Assembly: GCA_017853575.1 (NCBI GenBank)
Contig: JAFMJI010000011.1
Location: forward strand, 220-64,219
Direction: 5' to 3'
DNA length: 64,000 nucleotides
From: Chitinophagaceae bacterium
GTDB lineage: Bacteria > Bacteroidota > Bacteroidia > Chitinophagales > Chitinophagaceae
The notes beneath the pieces were generated by a model. It was not told the DNA's origin. It saw only the letters and a program-made list of their open reading frames with translations, and searched no databases. Position numbers and translations under genes: made by a program. Below, piece by piece: positions 20,662 to 30,556 of this stretch (position 1 is its first letter; every line of letters begins with the position of its first letter).

Positions 20662-21942
20662 ATGTTGAACCGATCAGAAGCCCCACATATTAAAGATGCC
20701 GTTGAATATAAAATAGGTTTGAAAAAACCAGATCAATTCAAATTAGACAATGGTGTAGAGGTATACAATGTTCAAGCAGGCACAGAAGAAGTAGTGCAGA
20801 TTGAATGGGTGTTTAAAGCAGGAAACTGGTTCGAAGAAAAAAAACTTATTGCATCAGCAGCAAATTTTTTGATCAAGAATGGTACTTCCAATAAATCAGC
20901 ATTTGAGATCAATGAGTTTGTTGATTTCTATGGTGCATATCTCAACAGGAGTTGTTACAATGAAACAGCTGTTGTTTCACTTCATTGTCTTACAAAGCAA
21001 TTGGAACATATTCTTCCACTTGTTCAAGAAATATTTTTAGATGCAACCATGCCTGAAGATGAATTGCTTATTTATAAGCAAAACATGAAACAACGCTTGG
21101 CTGTTAATTTGAAAAAATGTGACTTTATTGCAGGAAGAAAAATTGATGCATTACTCTTTGGTGAAAAGCATCCTTATGGCGTTTACAGTGAAATGGATGA
21201 TTACGATGCAATTCAACAAGACGAACTCATCCGATATTATCAATCATATTATAAAAACGGACACTGTACTATTTTTTCAGCAGGCATATTGCCTGCCAAA
21301 TATCAGCAATTGTTGAACAAATATTTTGGACAACTCCCGTTCAATAAAAATCAGGTGACCAACGTATCGCATCCAATGTTTCCATCCACACAAAAAAAAT
21401 GGAATATCCTAAATGATCCTGATGGTGTACAAGGCGCAATTCGAATCGCACGTCCCTGCCCGCTTCCAAGCGATCCTGTTTTTCCTAAGTTGCAAGTGTT
21501 GAATGTGTTGTTTGGGGGATTTTTCGGATCAAGACTCATGGCCAATATTCGTGAGGACAAAGGTTATACGTATGGGATATATAGTTACCTTATGAATCAT
21601 ATCCATGCAAGTGCTATCCTCATTAGTACAGAAGCAGGTCGTGATGTATGTGAGGCAACTGTCAAAGAAGTATATCATGAAATGGAGCAGCTTCGCAACA
21701 AAGAGGTTGGAAAAGACGAATTGCTGTTGGTAAAAAATTATTTGATTGGCACTTTGTTAGGAGATCTTGATGGACCTTTTCATATCATAGGCCGTTGGAA
21801 AAATCTCATTTTACATGGTATGGATGAAAGTCATTTCAATTATTATGTAAATACAATCAAAACAATTGAAGCGAAAGAATTAAAAAATTTGGCAGAAAAA
21901 TACCTGAATCCTGAAGAATTCTATGAATTGGTTGTAGTTTAA
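20662..21942 (+). CDS. M16 peptidase, non-catalytic partner subunit
   Basis: M16 fold without HxxEH; SRLMANIREDKGYTYGI. Confidence 0.85.
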   Translation: MLNRSEAPHIKDAVEYKIGLKKPDQFKLDNGVEVYNVQAGTEEVVQIEWVFKAGNWFEEKKLIASAANFLIKNGTSNKSAFEINEFVDFYGAYLNRSCYNETAVVSLHCLTKQLEHILPLVQEIFLDATMPEDELLIYKQNMKQRLAVNLKKCDFIAGRKIDALLFGEKHPYGVYSEMDDYDAIQQDELIRYYQSYYKNGHCTIFSAGILPAKYQQLLNKYFGQLPFNKNQVTNVSHPMFPSTQKKWNILNDPDGVQGAIRIARPCPLPSDPVFPKLQVLNVLFGGFFGSRLMANIREDKGYTYGIYSYLMNHIHASAILISTEAGRDVCEATVKEVYHEMEQLRNKEVGKDELLLVKNYLIGTLLGDLDGPFHIIGRWKNLILHGMDESHFNYYVNTIKTIEAKELKNLAEKYLNPEEFYELVVV

Positions 21943-21956
21943 AGAAAAATTTTCGC

Positions 21957-23156
21957 ATGAAAAGCTATTCAATACTCTTATTCATTTTCATGCTGAGCTC
22001 TTGTATGAATTCAAGCAATATGCAAAAAGGAAGTTTTGGTTATGACTTGGCATTTCTTAAAAAGTATCATAACGATCTTGTTCTTTTAGAAGATAGCAGT
22101 TCAGATGCAAAACTGATTGTTCTGCCCGCTTACCAGGGGAGAATCATGACAAGTACCTCGAATGGAATGGCGGGGATGAGTTTTGGATGGATCAACCATG
22201 AGTTGATTTCAAGCAAAGAAATTACTCCTCATATATATGCGGTTGGTGGTGAAGAGCGTTTTTGGTTGGGCCCAGAAGGCGGTCAATTTTCTATTTATTT
22301 CAAAAAAGACAGTGCATTTGATTTTGAACATTGGCAAGTGCCTAAAGAAATTGACACAGAGCCATTTGAACTTGTTTCCAGTACTACATTAGAAGCATTT
22401 TTTAAAAAAACGATGCATCTGAAAAATTATACTGGTTCAACATTTGATATTGGAGTAAACAGAAATATACATTTATTGAAGCGTGAAAGCATCCAACAAC
22501 TCATTGGACAATTTGATAGTTCTGTTGATGTAGTAGGATTTTCATCAGATAATACAATCACCAATCTCAGCAACCATCCATGGGGTGAACAATATGGCAT
22601 GTTGTCTGTCTGGATTTTGAGCATGCTCAATGCTGGTGATCAAACTGCTATTGCAATCCCTTTTAATAATGGTGATTCGAGTAAGTTGGGTAAGATTGTT
22701 ACAGATGATTATTTTGGTAAAGTGCCTGCAGAAAGATTAAAAGTTGGGAGTCAGCTTATGCTGATGAAGGCTGATGCGAATTTTCGCAGTAAAGTGGGGA
22801 TTTCTCCAAAGAGAGCAAAACCATTTGTAGGTAGTTATGATGCAAAGAACAATGTATTAACCATTGCATATTTTTCTTTGCCGGGAGGAGAAAATAAATA
22901 TGTCAATTCACTTTGGAAGATTCAGGAAGATCCTTTTAGCGGGGATGCTGTGAATGCATACAATGATGGCCCGATTAATGGAAAACAAATGGGAAAATTT
23001 TATGAAATTGAAAGTTCATCTCCTGCCGCAGATTTGGGTCCTGGGGAATCTCTAACACATAACCATACTACCATTCATCTGAAAGGAGAAAGAATACATT
23101 TGGACAAAATTGCCAAACACGTATTTGGTGTTTCCCTTGAGGAGTTGGTATTTTGA
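21957..23156 (+). CDS. DUF6786-like lipoprotein
   Basis: Lipobox LSSC; YQGRIMTST, GGEERFWLGPEGG, FYEIESSSPA. Confidence 0.65.
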   Translation: MKSYSILLFIFMLSSCMNSSNMQKGSFGYDLAFLKKYHNDLVLLEDSSSDAKLIVLPAYQGRIMTSTSNGMAGMSFGWINHELISSKEITPHIYAVGGEERFWLGPEGGQFSIYFKKDSAFDFEHWQVPKEIDTEPFELVSSTTLEAFFKKTMHLKNYTGSTFDIGVNRNIHLLKRESIQQLIGQFDSSVDVVGFSSDNTITNLSNHPWGEQYGMLSVWILSMLNAGDQTAIAIPFNNGDSSKLGKIVTDDYFGKVPAERLKVGSQLMLMKADANFRSKVGISPKRAKPFVGSYDAKNNVLTIAYFSLPGGENKYVNSLWKIQEDPFSGDAVNAYNDGPINGKQMGKFYEIESSSPAADLGPGESLTHNHTTIHLKGERIHLDKIAKHVFGVSLEELVF

Positions 23157-23157
23157 T

Positions 23158-23979
23158 TTATTTTAAAGATTTCAAATAAGAAATGCTTTCTGGCAATTGA
23201 TTCATTACACGAGAAGATTCATCCTCAATAAAATAATGTTTTACACCGGCTTTCTTTGCAGCTTTCATTACATCGCTGATGTTTATATCTCCCTTTCCTA
23301 AAACTACATTGGTCTCTTCATCTGCAGAACCTTTGTTATTGCAAATAGTTCCATGTTGCCTGTCTTTTAGATGTAACATTCTTATTCGAGACGGGTATTT
23401 ATTGATAATTGATACAGGGTCTGCACAACCTTGCTTTGCCCAGAATACGTCCAATTCAATATTCACCCATTTGGGATTCGTTTTTGCCATGAGGTCATCG
23501 AACAATGTACCATTGGCTGATGGACGAAATTCATATCCATGGACATGATAGCTAAAATCCAATCCAGCATCTTTAAAGATTTTTCCTGCTCTGTTGAATC
23601 TTTTAGCAGCTTCTTCAACATCTGCTGTGCCGAATTCATCTCCATTGTGACCAATCCAAAAGCAAATGACATTTTGAGCACCCATTTTTTTGGCTTGTTC
23701 AATAGCTGGTGTTAGGTCTTTTGTTAATGCATCATAATCCACTCCTATTCCAATCATCTTAAATCCCATTTCATGTATCATGGATGTATAAGCATCCACC
23801 CCCATGCCATAGGTATCACCTCCTTCCAATTCTTTGATACCCATCGCTTTTACTTTCATCAAAGTTCCCTTAAGATCCTCTTTAACCTGGTTTCTGACTG
23901 AGTAAAGTTGCAGTCCGATTTCCTGTGAAATCCCAGTAAATGAAATGATTGATAATAAAAGTGTGAAATAAGTTTTCAT
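23158..23979 (-). CDS. Secreted sugar-phosphate isomerase/epimerase (xylose-isomerase-like TIM barrel)
   Basis: GLQLYSVR, YHVH, ELD, LHLKD, FIEDE. Confidence 0.8.
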   Translation of the reverse strand: MKTYFTLLLSIISFTGISQEIGLQLYSVRNQVKEDLKGTLMKVKAMGIKELEGGDTYGMGVDAYTSMIHEMGFKMIGIGVDYDALTKDLTPAIEQAKKMGAQNVICFWIGHNGDEFGTADVEEAAKRFNRAGKIFKDAGLDFSYHVHGYEFRPSANGTLFDDLMAKTNPKWVNIELDVFWAKQGCADPVSIINKYPSRIRMLHLKDRQHGTICNNKGSADEETNVVLGKGDINISDVMKAAKKAGVKHYFIEDESSRVMNQLPESISYLKSLK

Positions 23980-23989
23980 ATGCAATTGT

Positions 23990-26170
23990 TTATTTTCTTT
24001 TTTCTCCTGGATGGTATTGCTCTTCTGTATACTTCAAAATATCTTCTTTGTAGAAAAGAACATCTTTGAATTGTCCACTTGTATACATTTCAGCCTGATC
24101 TTTGAAATGTTTTGAATTCACATCACCGCTTTCGCCTCCTGCCAAAAGCGATTTAGCCTTTATTTTCTTTCCAAATTCAACTGCACAAATAAAACTATTT
24201 CCTCCGTAGCCGTATCTTTTTTTCGTGTTGTCGAATGTTCTACTATTATATGAAGGCAGACTGCCCCACATTGAAGATGCAAACGGAGAAGGGATGCTCG
24301 GTTGCGCATCGTCATAATGTGGGGTCAATTTATTTTCGATTCTTTGAAAGCGATTGATGTCTCCCCATTTCACTTCCCAGGTACCAAAATCAGCTTTCAA
24401 TTTCTTTAGTACTTCATTTAAGAAATTAATTTTTTCGTTGTCCGGCATTTCTTTTAACAAGCGGGATAACTCAAGTGTAAGATCAATATCACCCTTATTG
24501 TTTCTCATTAAATAGGGTAATACTCTTTCAGCCCAGAGAATTGCAATGGTCGTTGCTACTGAATTTGCTGCAGATCTTCTGTCCCACTCGTTCAAAATTT
24601 GAATCGCTTTCATAATATCTGGTTTAATATTATCTGCGATCTGTGTTCTTGTTGATGAAAACAATGAAGGAAGTAAAATATCAAATGCAGTCAGGTAAGT
24701 ATCGTAACCAGCTTTGATGAGTCCGTTGATATCTAATTTCCCAGTATTACTTAGAACCCTTACAGCATTGATCCCTCTGAAGTTTTCAGCATCTGGCGCC
24801 ATATATGTTGGATATTTCTTTTTTGATATTACACCCGGACCAGCAGCGGTAAATGGATTAGAATTGCAATTTTGCAACCAGCCATTGCTTGGGTTGTAGA
24901 GATGAACAGTTTCATCTACAGTGTGTAATCCTTTCCAATCTGTTGCAGAGGTGGAACCATCTACTTTATCATTCCAATCAAATCGGATATCTCTTTTTGG
25001 CATAAAGTTTCCGTGCCAGTATGCAATATTTCCCTGATCATCTGCATAGACAGTATTGTTGGAAACATTTTCTCTAAGATCCATGGTGGATTTGAATTCA
25101 GAAAAAGTTTTTGCTTTTGTTCTGCTCCAGGATTGAATCAATCCATTTAAAGATCTGTTGTTGGATTGCATTGAAATCCACTTTTCATCTTCTTTCGCCA
25201 TGACAGGACCATGATGTGTAGAATATATCTTGAATTCTTTTTTAGCAATACCAGTAGTTGTTTTGTATTTAATTTCTACGGCTTGTATGCTAACAGACTT
25301 TAATGAATTGTCATATTTATAAAAAATACCGTCCTTGTTTTTGATGATTGTTTCTTCATATAAATCAGCAACATCTGCTTCGCTTGAAGTATGCATCCAA
25401 CCACAATGTTCGTTGAATCCCTGGTATACAAAAAATTGTCCCCAGGTAACAGCGCCGTAGGTATTTAGACCCTCTTCGCTGATCATGTGCACTTCGGGTC
25501 TGAAGTAAAAAGTAACGTGCGGGTTGATGTAAAGCATTGAATTTCCTGAGATGCTTTTTGATGGTGCAATAGCAAATCCGTTTGATCCGATCAACTGTTC
25601 ATTATCTCTTTGTTTGATATGACTAAGATCTGATGAGATATCAGCATAAAAATTTTTAATATCCTTTGCTGTCAGATTACTCGTTTGTATTGCTGAGATA
25701 CTTCCATCTGTATATGTAAGCGGATACCAAGGTTTAAATTCTTTTAGCAATGCAGGTTTTATTTGGGGATGAGTGTAGAGAAAATAGTTGACACCATCGG
25801 CAAATGCGTTCAATAATTTTTTCATCCACTCAGGACTCCTGTTGTAATCCTCCACTGAAGCGGCAGAGTCGATGACCATTTTCACCAACAGGTCTTCATA
25901 GATATGCTCCTCTCCTTTTACTTCACTTGTTCTTCCAAGCATGGTGATATAATTCATTTCCACCCTTTGAAAATCATCTTCACATTGCGCGTATAATAAT
26001 CCGAATACACAATCAGCATCTGTTTTACCGAAGATGTGTGGTATCCCCCATTTATCACGAACGATGTTTACTTTTTTTGCAGTTGATTCCCATCGTGCAA
26101 TATCTGCTTTGTTTTGTGCAAAAGATATTTGAACAAAAAAGAGGAATGTGATGATCAGAACTTTTCTCAT
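23990..26170 (-). CDS. Penicillin acylase family (S45 Ntn-hydrolase)
   Basis: IVRDKWGIPHI, YAQCED, nucleophile SNGFAIAP, INPH. Confidence 0.9.
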   Translation of the reverse strand: MRKVLIITFLFFVQISFAQNKADIARWESTAKKVNIVRDKWGIPHIFGKTDADCVFGLLYAQCEDDFQRVEMNYITMLGRTSEVKGEEHIYEDLLVKMVIDSAASVEDYNRSPEWMKKLLNAFADGVNYFLYTHPQIKPALLKEFKPWYPLTYTDGSISAIQTSNLTAKDIKNFYADISSDLSHIKQRDNEQLIGSNGFAIAPSKSISGNSMLYINPHVTFYFRPEVHMISEEGLNTYGAVTWGQFFVYQGFNEHCGWMHTSSEADVADLYEETIIKNKDGIFYKYDNSLKSVSIQAVEIKYKTTTGIAKKEFKIYSTHHGPVMAKEDEKWISMQSNNRSLNGLIQSWSRTKAKTFSEFKSTMDLRENVSNNTVYADDQGNIAYWHGNFMPKRDIRFDWNDKVDGSTSATDWKGLHTVDETVHLYNPSNGWLQNCNSNPFTAAGPGVISKKKYPTYMAPDAENFRGINAVRVLSNTGKLDINGLIKAGYDTYLTAFDILLPSLFSSTRTQIADNIKPDIMKAIQILNEWDRRSAANSVATTIAILWAERVLPYLMRNNKGDIDLTLELSRLLKEMPDNEKINFLNEVLKKLKADFGTWEVKWGDINRFQRIENKLTPHYDDAQPSIPSPFASSMWGSLPSYNSRTFDNTKKRYGYGGNSFICAVEFGKKIKAKSLLAGGESGDVNSKHFKDQAEMYTSGQFKDVLFYKEDILKYTEEQYHPGEKRK

Positions 26171-27345
26171 TGTTGATTCTCTTTAAAGACGCGGATGAAA
26201 TTTCCACCTAATATTTTTTGGATGTCTGTCTTATTGTAACCTCTTTGTATCAATGCTTTTGTAATCAATGGCATATCTGCAACATCAGTTAATTCTCTTG
26301 GCGATGAATTGATCCCATCAAAATCTGATCCGAGTCCAACGTGATCAACACCAATTAATTTAACGATATGATCAAGATGATCTAACAGTTGTGAAAGTGT
26401 TGGGCGGGCATCATCAATTTCATTTTTGTATTTTTCATTGATGCGCATGTTGGCAAAGAAATCACTTGGATTCGTTTTTAACAATGAATCTTTTTCTGCC
26501 TGATGGTTTTTGATGAATGCACGATTTTTTGCGTTGAAGCTGCTGTCTACAAATCCTGAATTAAAATTCAGGTGAATCACTCCCCCATTTTTACCCAATG
26601 TCTTTATTTGATCGTCTGTCATGTTTCTTGGAACAGGACAGAGGCTGTATGTGCAACTGTGTGAAGCGATCACAGGTTTTTTAGAAACACGCACTGCGTC
26701 ATAAAAAGTTTTTTCACCTACGTGTGAAATATCAACAATCATTCCAAGTTCATTCATGTGTTGTACAATCTTTTCACCAAATGCATTGAGTCCGTATGGA
26801 TGCCCAAGATTGGTTTTTGCTCTTTCATCTGCAGCGGAGCTGGCCCAATCTGTGCTGTTGTTCCAAGTGAGCGTCATATAGCGTGCTCCTCGTTTGTATA
26901 AACTATCGAGGTAATCCAACCTGTCTTCCATCATATGTCCACCTTCGACACCCATCATGCAGCCAAGCTTTCCTGCTTTGACAGCAGCTTCCAGGTCTTG
27001 AGGCGTTTTCACCAGCATGGTTTTCTTTGGATTTCTTTGGATGATGGCATACATGGAATCCATCTCCTGGTTTGCAAATGCATACGCTGTTCCCTTGCCA
27101 TAATTCTCATCACAAAAAATGGAAAAAATCTGGATATCAATTCCACCTTCTTTCATTCGTTTCAAGTCGGAATGTGTTACACCTTTCAGTGATTGCTCGA
27201 AACTTACTTTTTTATCGATGCTTGTACTAATGAAATCATTGTGTGTGTCAATGACAATTGCATCTGCATGTATTTTTTTATAAGATTGTGCATTTGAAAG
27301 GAGTGCTGCAGATAGAAACACATTCAGGTATAAAATCTTTCTCAT
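26167..27345 (-). CDS. Secreted membrane dipeptidase (M19)
   Basis: IDTHND, GVEGGH, TLTWN, VDISH, ASHS, GLGSDFDG. Confidence 0.9.
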   Translation of the reverse strand: MRKILYLNVFLSAALLSNAQSYKKIHADAIVIDTHNDFISTSIDKKVSFEQSLKGVTHSDLKRMKEGGIDIQIFSIFCDENYGKGTAYAFANQEMDSMYAIIQRNPKKTMLVKTPQDLEAAVKAGKLGCMMGVEGGHMMEDRLDYLDSLYKRGARYMTLTWNNSTDWASSAADERAKTNLGHPYGLNAFGEKIVQHMNELGMIVDISHVGEKTFYDAVRVSKKPVIASHSCTYSLCPVPRNMTDDQIKTLGKNGGVIHLNFNSGFVDSSFNAKNRAFIKNHQAEKDSLLKTNPSDFFANMRINEKYKNEIDDARPTLSQLLDHLDHIVKLIGVDHVGLGSDFDGINSSPRELTDVADMPLITKALIQRGYNKTDIQKILGGNFIRVFKENQQ

Positions 27346-27398
27346 TGTTTACTTCAATATTTTTTCAATTGTTATTGAAGTTAACAAAAAGCAGCAAC

Positions 27399-28148
27399 TT
27401 ATTTCAAAGCCGGTTTGGGCATTACACCTGATTTAAAATAACGGGATGCGTCCAAAATGTATTGATAGAACTGATATTCTTCGGCATAAGCTACAACTTC
27501 ATACGGAGGGCGGTAAGCGATCATAAATTTATCCAAGTTGGTTCCGTTGAGTCCTGTGATTTGTTTTACAAGTTGTTTGGTGAAACGGCTGTCAACAAAC
27601 TTCTGCTGCTCTTCTTCAATCAATCTGTTTTGAAGTGTTCGAAGAGATTTATTTCTTTTGAACCTGAATAAATTGATTAAACTTGTAAGATCGAGTCCTG
27701 GCGTACCTCCCATGGTACCTGTTTCAGAAAGTTGTAATCCCCCTCTTTCAAATTCAAATACTTTTCTGTAGCGTTCTCTGTTTTCAAGTGAATCTTCTCT
27801 GTATGTTTTTTTGATGACTACAATTTCTTTCAATGTCTTGTATTTGTCTTGCACTGTTACTTGTAATGCAATATCAAATCCTGCAGGGTAATTGATTTCT
27901 TTTACCGGGAAGAAGATGGTTGATTTTCCCAGATAGGTGAATGAAATTGAATCGGTTTTATCAACGTTTAGTCCATATCTCCCAATCGAGTCTGTGTATG
28001 TAACGATTCCTTTTTTTGTTGAAATTTTTACTGCTGGAACAGTTACCATTCTGGTGGAGTCATACACCCTGCCTGTCAACCAAATTTGTGATTGCGCTTG
28101 AAAGCTGAATAGGATCAGAAGGGACGATATGATGATTTTTGGAAACAA
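27399..28148 (-). CDS. Secreted hypothetical protein with N-terminal carboxypeptidase-regulatory-like domain
   Basis: Signal peptide, LTGRVYD...TDSIGRY, ISFTYLG. Confidence 0.6.
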   Translation of the reverse strand: MFPKIIISSLLILFSFQAQSQIWLTGRVYDSTRMVTVPAVKISTKKGIVTYTDSIGRYGLNVDKTDSISFTYLGKSTIFFPVKEINYPAGFDIALQVTVQDKYKTLKEIVVIKKTYREDSLENRERYRKVFEFERGGLQLSETGTMGGTPGLDLTSLINLFRFKRNKSLRTLQNRLIEEEQQKFVDSRFTKQLVKQITGLNGTNLDKFMIAYRPPYEVVAYAEEYQFYQYILDASRYFKSGVMPKPALK

Positions 28149-28152
28149 TTAC

Positions 28153-29016
28153 TTATTGCTGATTGATCCATTTTTCAATTTGAGGGGGGAAGTGTTGATG
28201 CTCCAATGCATGAATTTTTTCAGCCAGTGAATTGGGAGTATCTGACGAAGTAACCGGAATCCTAGCCTGGAAAAATGTTTTTCCATGGTCGTATTCTTCA
28301 TCAACCAAGTGGATCGTGATGCCGCTTTCAGTATCTCCTGCTTTCAATACTGATTTGTGAACGTTTTCTCCGTACATCCCCTTTCCTCCATAATTGGGCA
28401 ACAATGCAGGATGTATATTAATAATGCGTCCAGAGAATGTCTTCACCATGTTTTCGGGTATTTTCCATAGAAAACCAGCCAGTACAATATGTGTAATATT
28501 TTGATTTACAAACTCTTGTACATATTTTTCAGTTTCATAGAAGCTGTTTTTTTCGAGCATCAAGGTTGGAATTCCATTGTTGGCTGCAATGTCTAGCACC
28601 CCAGCTCCCGCTTTGTTACATACAACCAGTTTAATATGTATATATCTATGATATTCAAAGTATTGTATAATTTTTTCTGCATTACCTCCCTTTCCTGAAG
28701 CAAAAATGGCGATGTTGGCAGATGCAGGAGGCATAAACTTCATTCTACGGAGTATTTTCTTCTCATAGTTCCAGAAAAATTTGAATTGTCCAAAGAAAAA
28801 AGAGACAATCAAAATGATGACTTGGTAGCCGAAGATGAGAACGATCAAACGCAATACCAATCTGAGTTCCCAGTCGTTTTTGGGGTCTAGATTCAACCAT
28901 TCTGTTATGCTTCTGGAGATGTATGCCGTAAGGGTACCTGTGGTGGCGAAGGTGCAAAGAATGAGAACCAATTGGGAGGCACTCACTTTCCATTTCTTCT
29001 GGAGGCTTTTAAACAT
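28153..29016 (-). CDS. purN: Fusion of a DUF6787-like 2-TM membrane domain and phosphoribosylglycinamide formyltransferase
   Basis: From about residue 100: IAIFASGKGGN, LAGF, INIHPALLP, GITIHLVDEEYDHG; N-terminal ~95 aa hydrophobic (LQKKWKVS...FGQFKFFWNYEKK). Confidence 0.85.
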   Translation of the reverse strand: MFKSLQKKWKVSASQLVLILCTFATTGTLTAYISRSITEWLNLDPKNDWELRLVLRLIVLIFGYQVIILIVSFFFGQFKFFWNYEKKILRRMKFMPPASANIAIFASGKGGNAEKIIQYFEYHRYIHIKLVVCNKAGAGVLDIAANNGIPTLMLEKNSFYETEKYVQEFVNQNITHIVLAGFLWKIPENMVKTFSGRIINIHPALLPNYGGKGMYGENVHKSVLKAGDTESGITIHLVDEEYDHGKTFFQARIPVTSSDTPNSLAEKIHALEHQHFPPQIEKWINQQ

Positions 29017-29074
29017 GCTGCAAAGAGAAGAAAAAAATCAACTGCAGCCCTTAATTTTATACTGTTAAATCTTT

Positions 29075-29090
29075 TATGACCAACGTCATA
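29075..29090. promoter_or_regulatory. TATGAC-N4-GTCATA palindrome, candidate Crp/Fnr-family site
   Basis: Perfect 6-4-6 inverted repeat in the purN/actA divergent intergenic region. Confidence 0.4.
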
Positions 29091-29199
29091 CATTCTTATG
29101 ACAATTTGTGGTTCTTTAGCGGCATAAATCATTGAAAAGCAGACCCAATCTGCATCAAAAAAAAGTTAACAATGTTGATATATTGTTGAATTCATACTG

Positions 29200-29207
29200 T
29201 AAATTTG
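29200..29207 (+). promoter_or_regulatory. -7 promoter box TAAATTTG for the act-cox operon
   Basis: Consensus match 47 nt upstream of the actA ATG. Confidence 0.6.
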
Positions 29208-29254
29208 CGACCAATTAAAGGTGCCCAACAATTTCAACACAATTTACCGAGGGT

Positions 29255-30511
29255 ATGAATAAGAAAACAAGCTGTTTTAGAAAACTATTTTCCGCAACTA
29301 TTTTATTGACTTTCTTGACTTTATCACTTGGTGCAAATGCACAGGATGGAAAAGCTTTGTTCAATCAAAAATGTGCTTCTTGTCATGCTATTGACAAGCA
29401 ATTGGTTGGTCCTGCTTTGAAGGGAGTAGAAGATCGTTGGGATGATAAGAAAATGATTTACGAGTGGGTTCGCAACAGTGCTGCAGTCATCAAAAAAGGG
29501 TATCCCCGCGCAGTAACGGTTTACAATGAATTCAATAAAATTCAAATGACTGCATTTCCTGAATTGAAGGATGCAGACATCGATGCTATCTTAACATATA
29601 TCAATGAAGGCGGTTCAAAAGCAGCGGCAGCTGCAACTCCTGCAGATGGCGCCACACCTGCATCTCAATCAAGTGAATCAGATTCAAATTTGTTGTATGG
29701 TATTTTGACCATCATACTTGCTGTGATTGCTTTGATCCTCTTGCAGGTGAACAGCAATCTTAGAAAAATGTCGGATGAGGCAGAAGGAACTTCTGCTGCA
29801 GAACCTGTTCCTTTCTACCGCAATAAAGTGTATATCGCAGTATTTGCCATTTTACTTTTCCTCGGTGGAGGATATATGTTGTTCCAAGGTGCGCAAGGAT
29901 TGGGTCGCTCACAGAATTATCAACCTGAGCAACCTATTTATTATTCACACAAAGTGCATGCCGGTATCAATCAAATCAATTGTTTGTATTGCCATGGTGG
30001 TGCGCAGGAAAGCAAACATGCGAACATTCCATCTGTGAATGTTTGTATGAATTGTCACATGGGTATCAATGAATATGCAAAGGGTCCAAAAATATACCGT
30101 GAAGATGGAACCGAAGTTGATGGAACTGCAGAAATTCAGAAACTATACAAGTTTGCAGGATGGAATCCCACCACCAAACAATATACTGGTGAAGGAAAGC
30201 CGATTGAATGGATTCGCATCCACAATCTTCCTGACCACGTTTATTTCAATCACGCACAACACGTGAATGCAGGAAAGCAACAATGCCAAACCTGTCATGG
30301 TGAAATCCAGAAAATGGGTGAAGTGTATCAGTATGCAGATTTAAGCATGGGCTGGTGTGTGAACTGTCACAGAGAAACAAAAGTTCAGTTCACTGACAAT
30401 AAATTCTACAGTATTTATGAGAAGTTCCATGAGGACTTGAAGAACAAGAAAATGGATAGTGTGACTGTAGAAAAAATTGGAGGAACAGAATGTCAGAAGT
30501 GTCACTATTAA
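29255..30511 (+). CDS. actA: Alternative complex III multiheme cytochrome c subunit (monoheme + pentaheme)
   Basis: Six CxxCH motifs (CASCH, CLYCH, CMNCH, CQTCH, CVNCH, CQKCH) with TM segments after the first. Confidence 0.9.
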   Translation: MNKKTSCFRKLFSATILLTFLTLSLGANAQDGKALFNQKCASCHAIDKQLVGPALKGVEDRWDDKKMIYEWVRNSAAVIKKGYPRAVTVYNEFNKIQMTAFPELKDADIDAILTYINEGGSKAAAAATPADGATPASQSSESDSNLLYGILTIILAVIALILLQVNSNLRKMSDEAEGTSAAEPVPFYRNKVYIAVFAILLFLGGGYMLFQGAQGLGRSQNYQPEQPIYYSHKVHAGINQINCLYCHGGAQESKHANIPSVNVCMNCHMGINEYAKGPKIYREDGTEVDGTAEIQKLYKFAGWNPTTKQYTGEGKPIEWIRIHNLPDHVYFNHAQHVNAGKQQCQTCHGEIQKMGEVYQYADLSMGWCVNCHRETKVQFTDNKFYSIYEKFHEDLKNKKMDSVTVEKIGGTECQKCHY

Positions 30512-30556
30512 AATATACGCAAACAACTCATCCCTAAGTTCAACCCAACCATAGTT

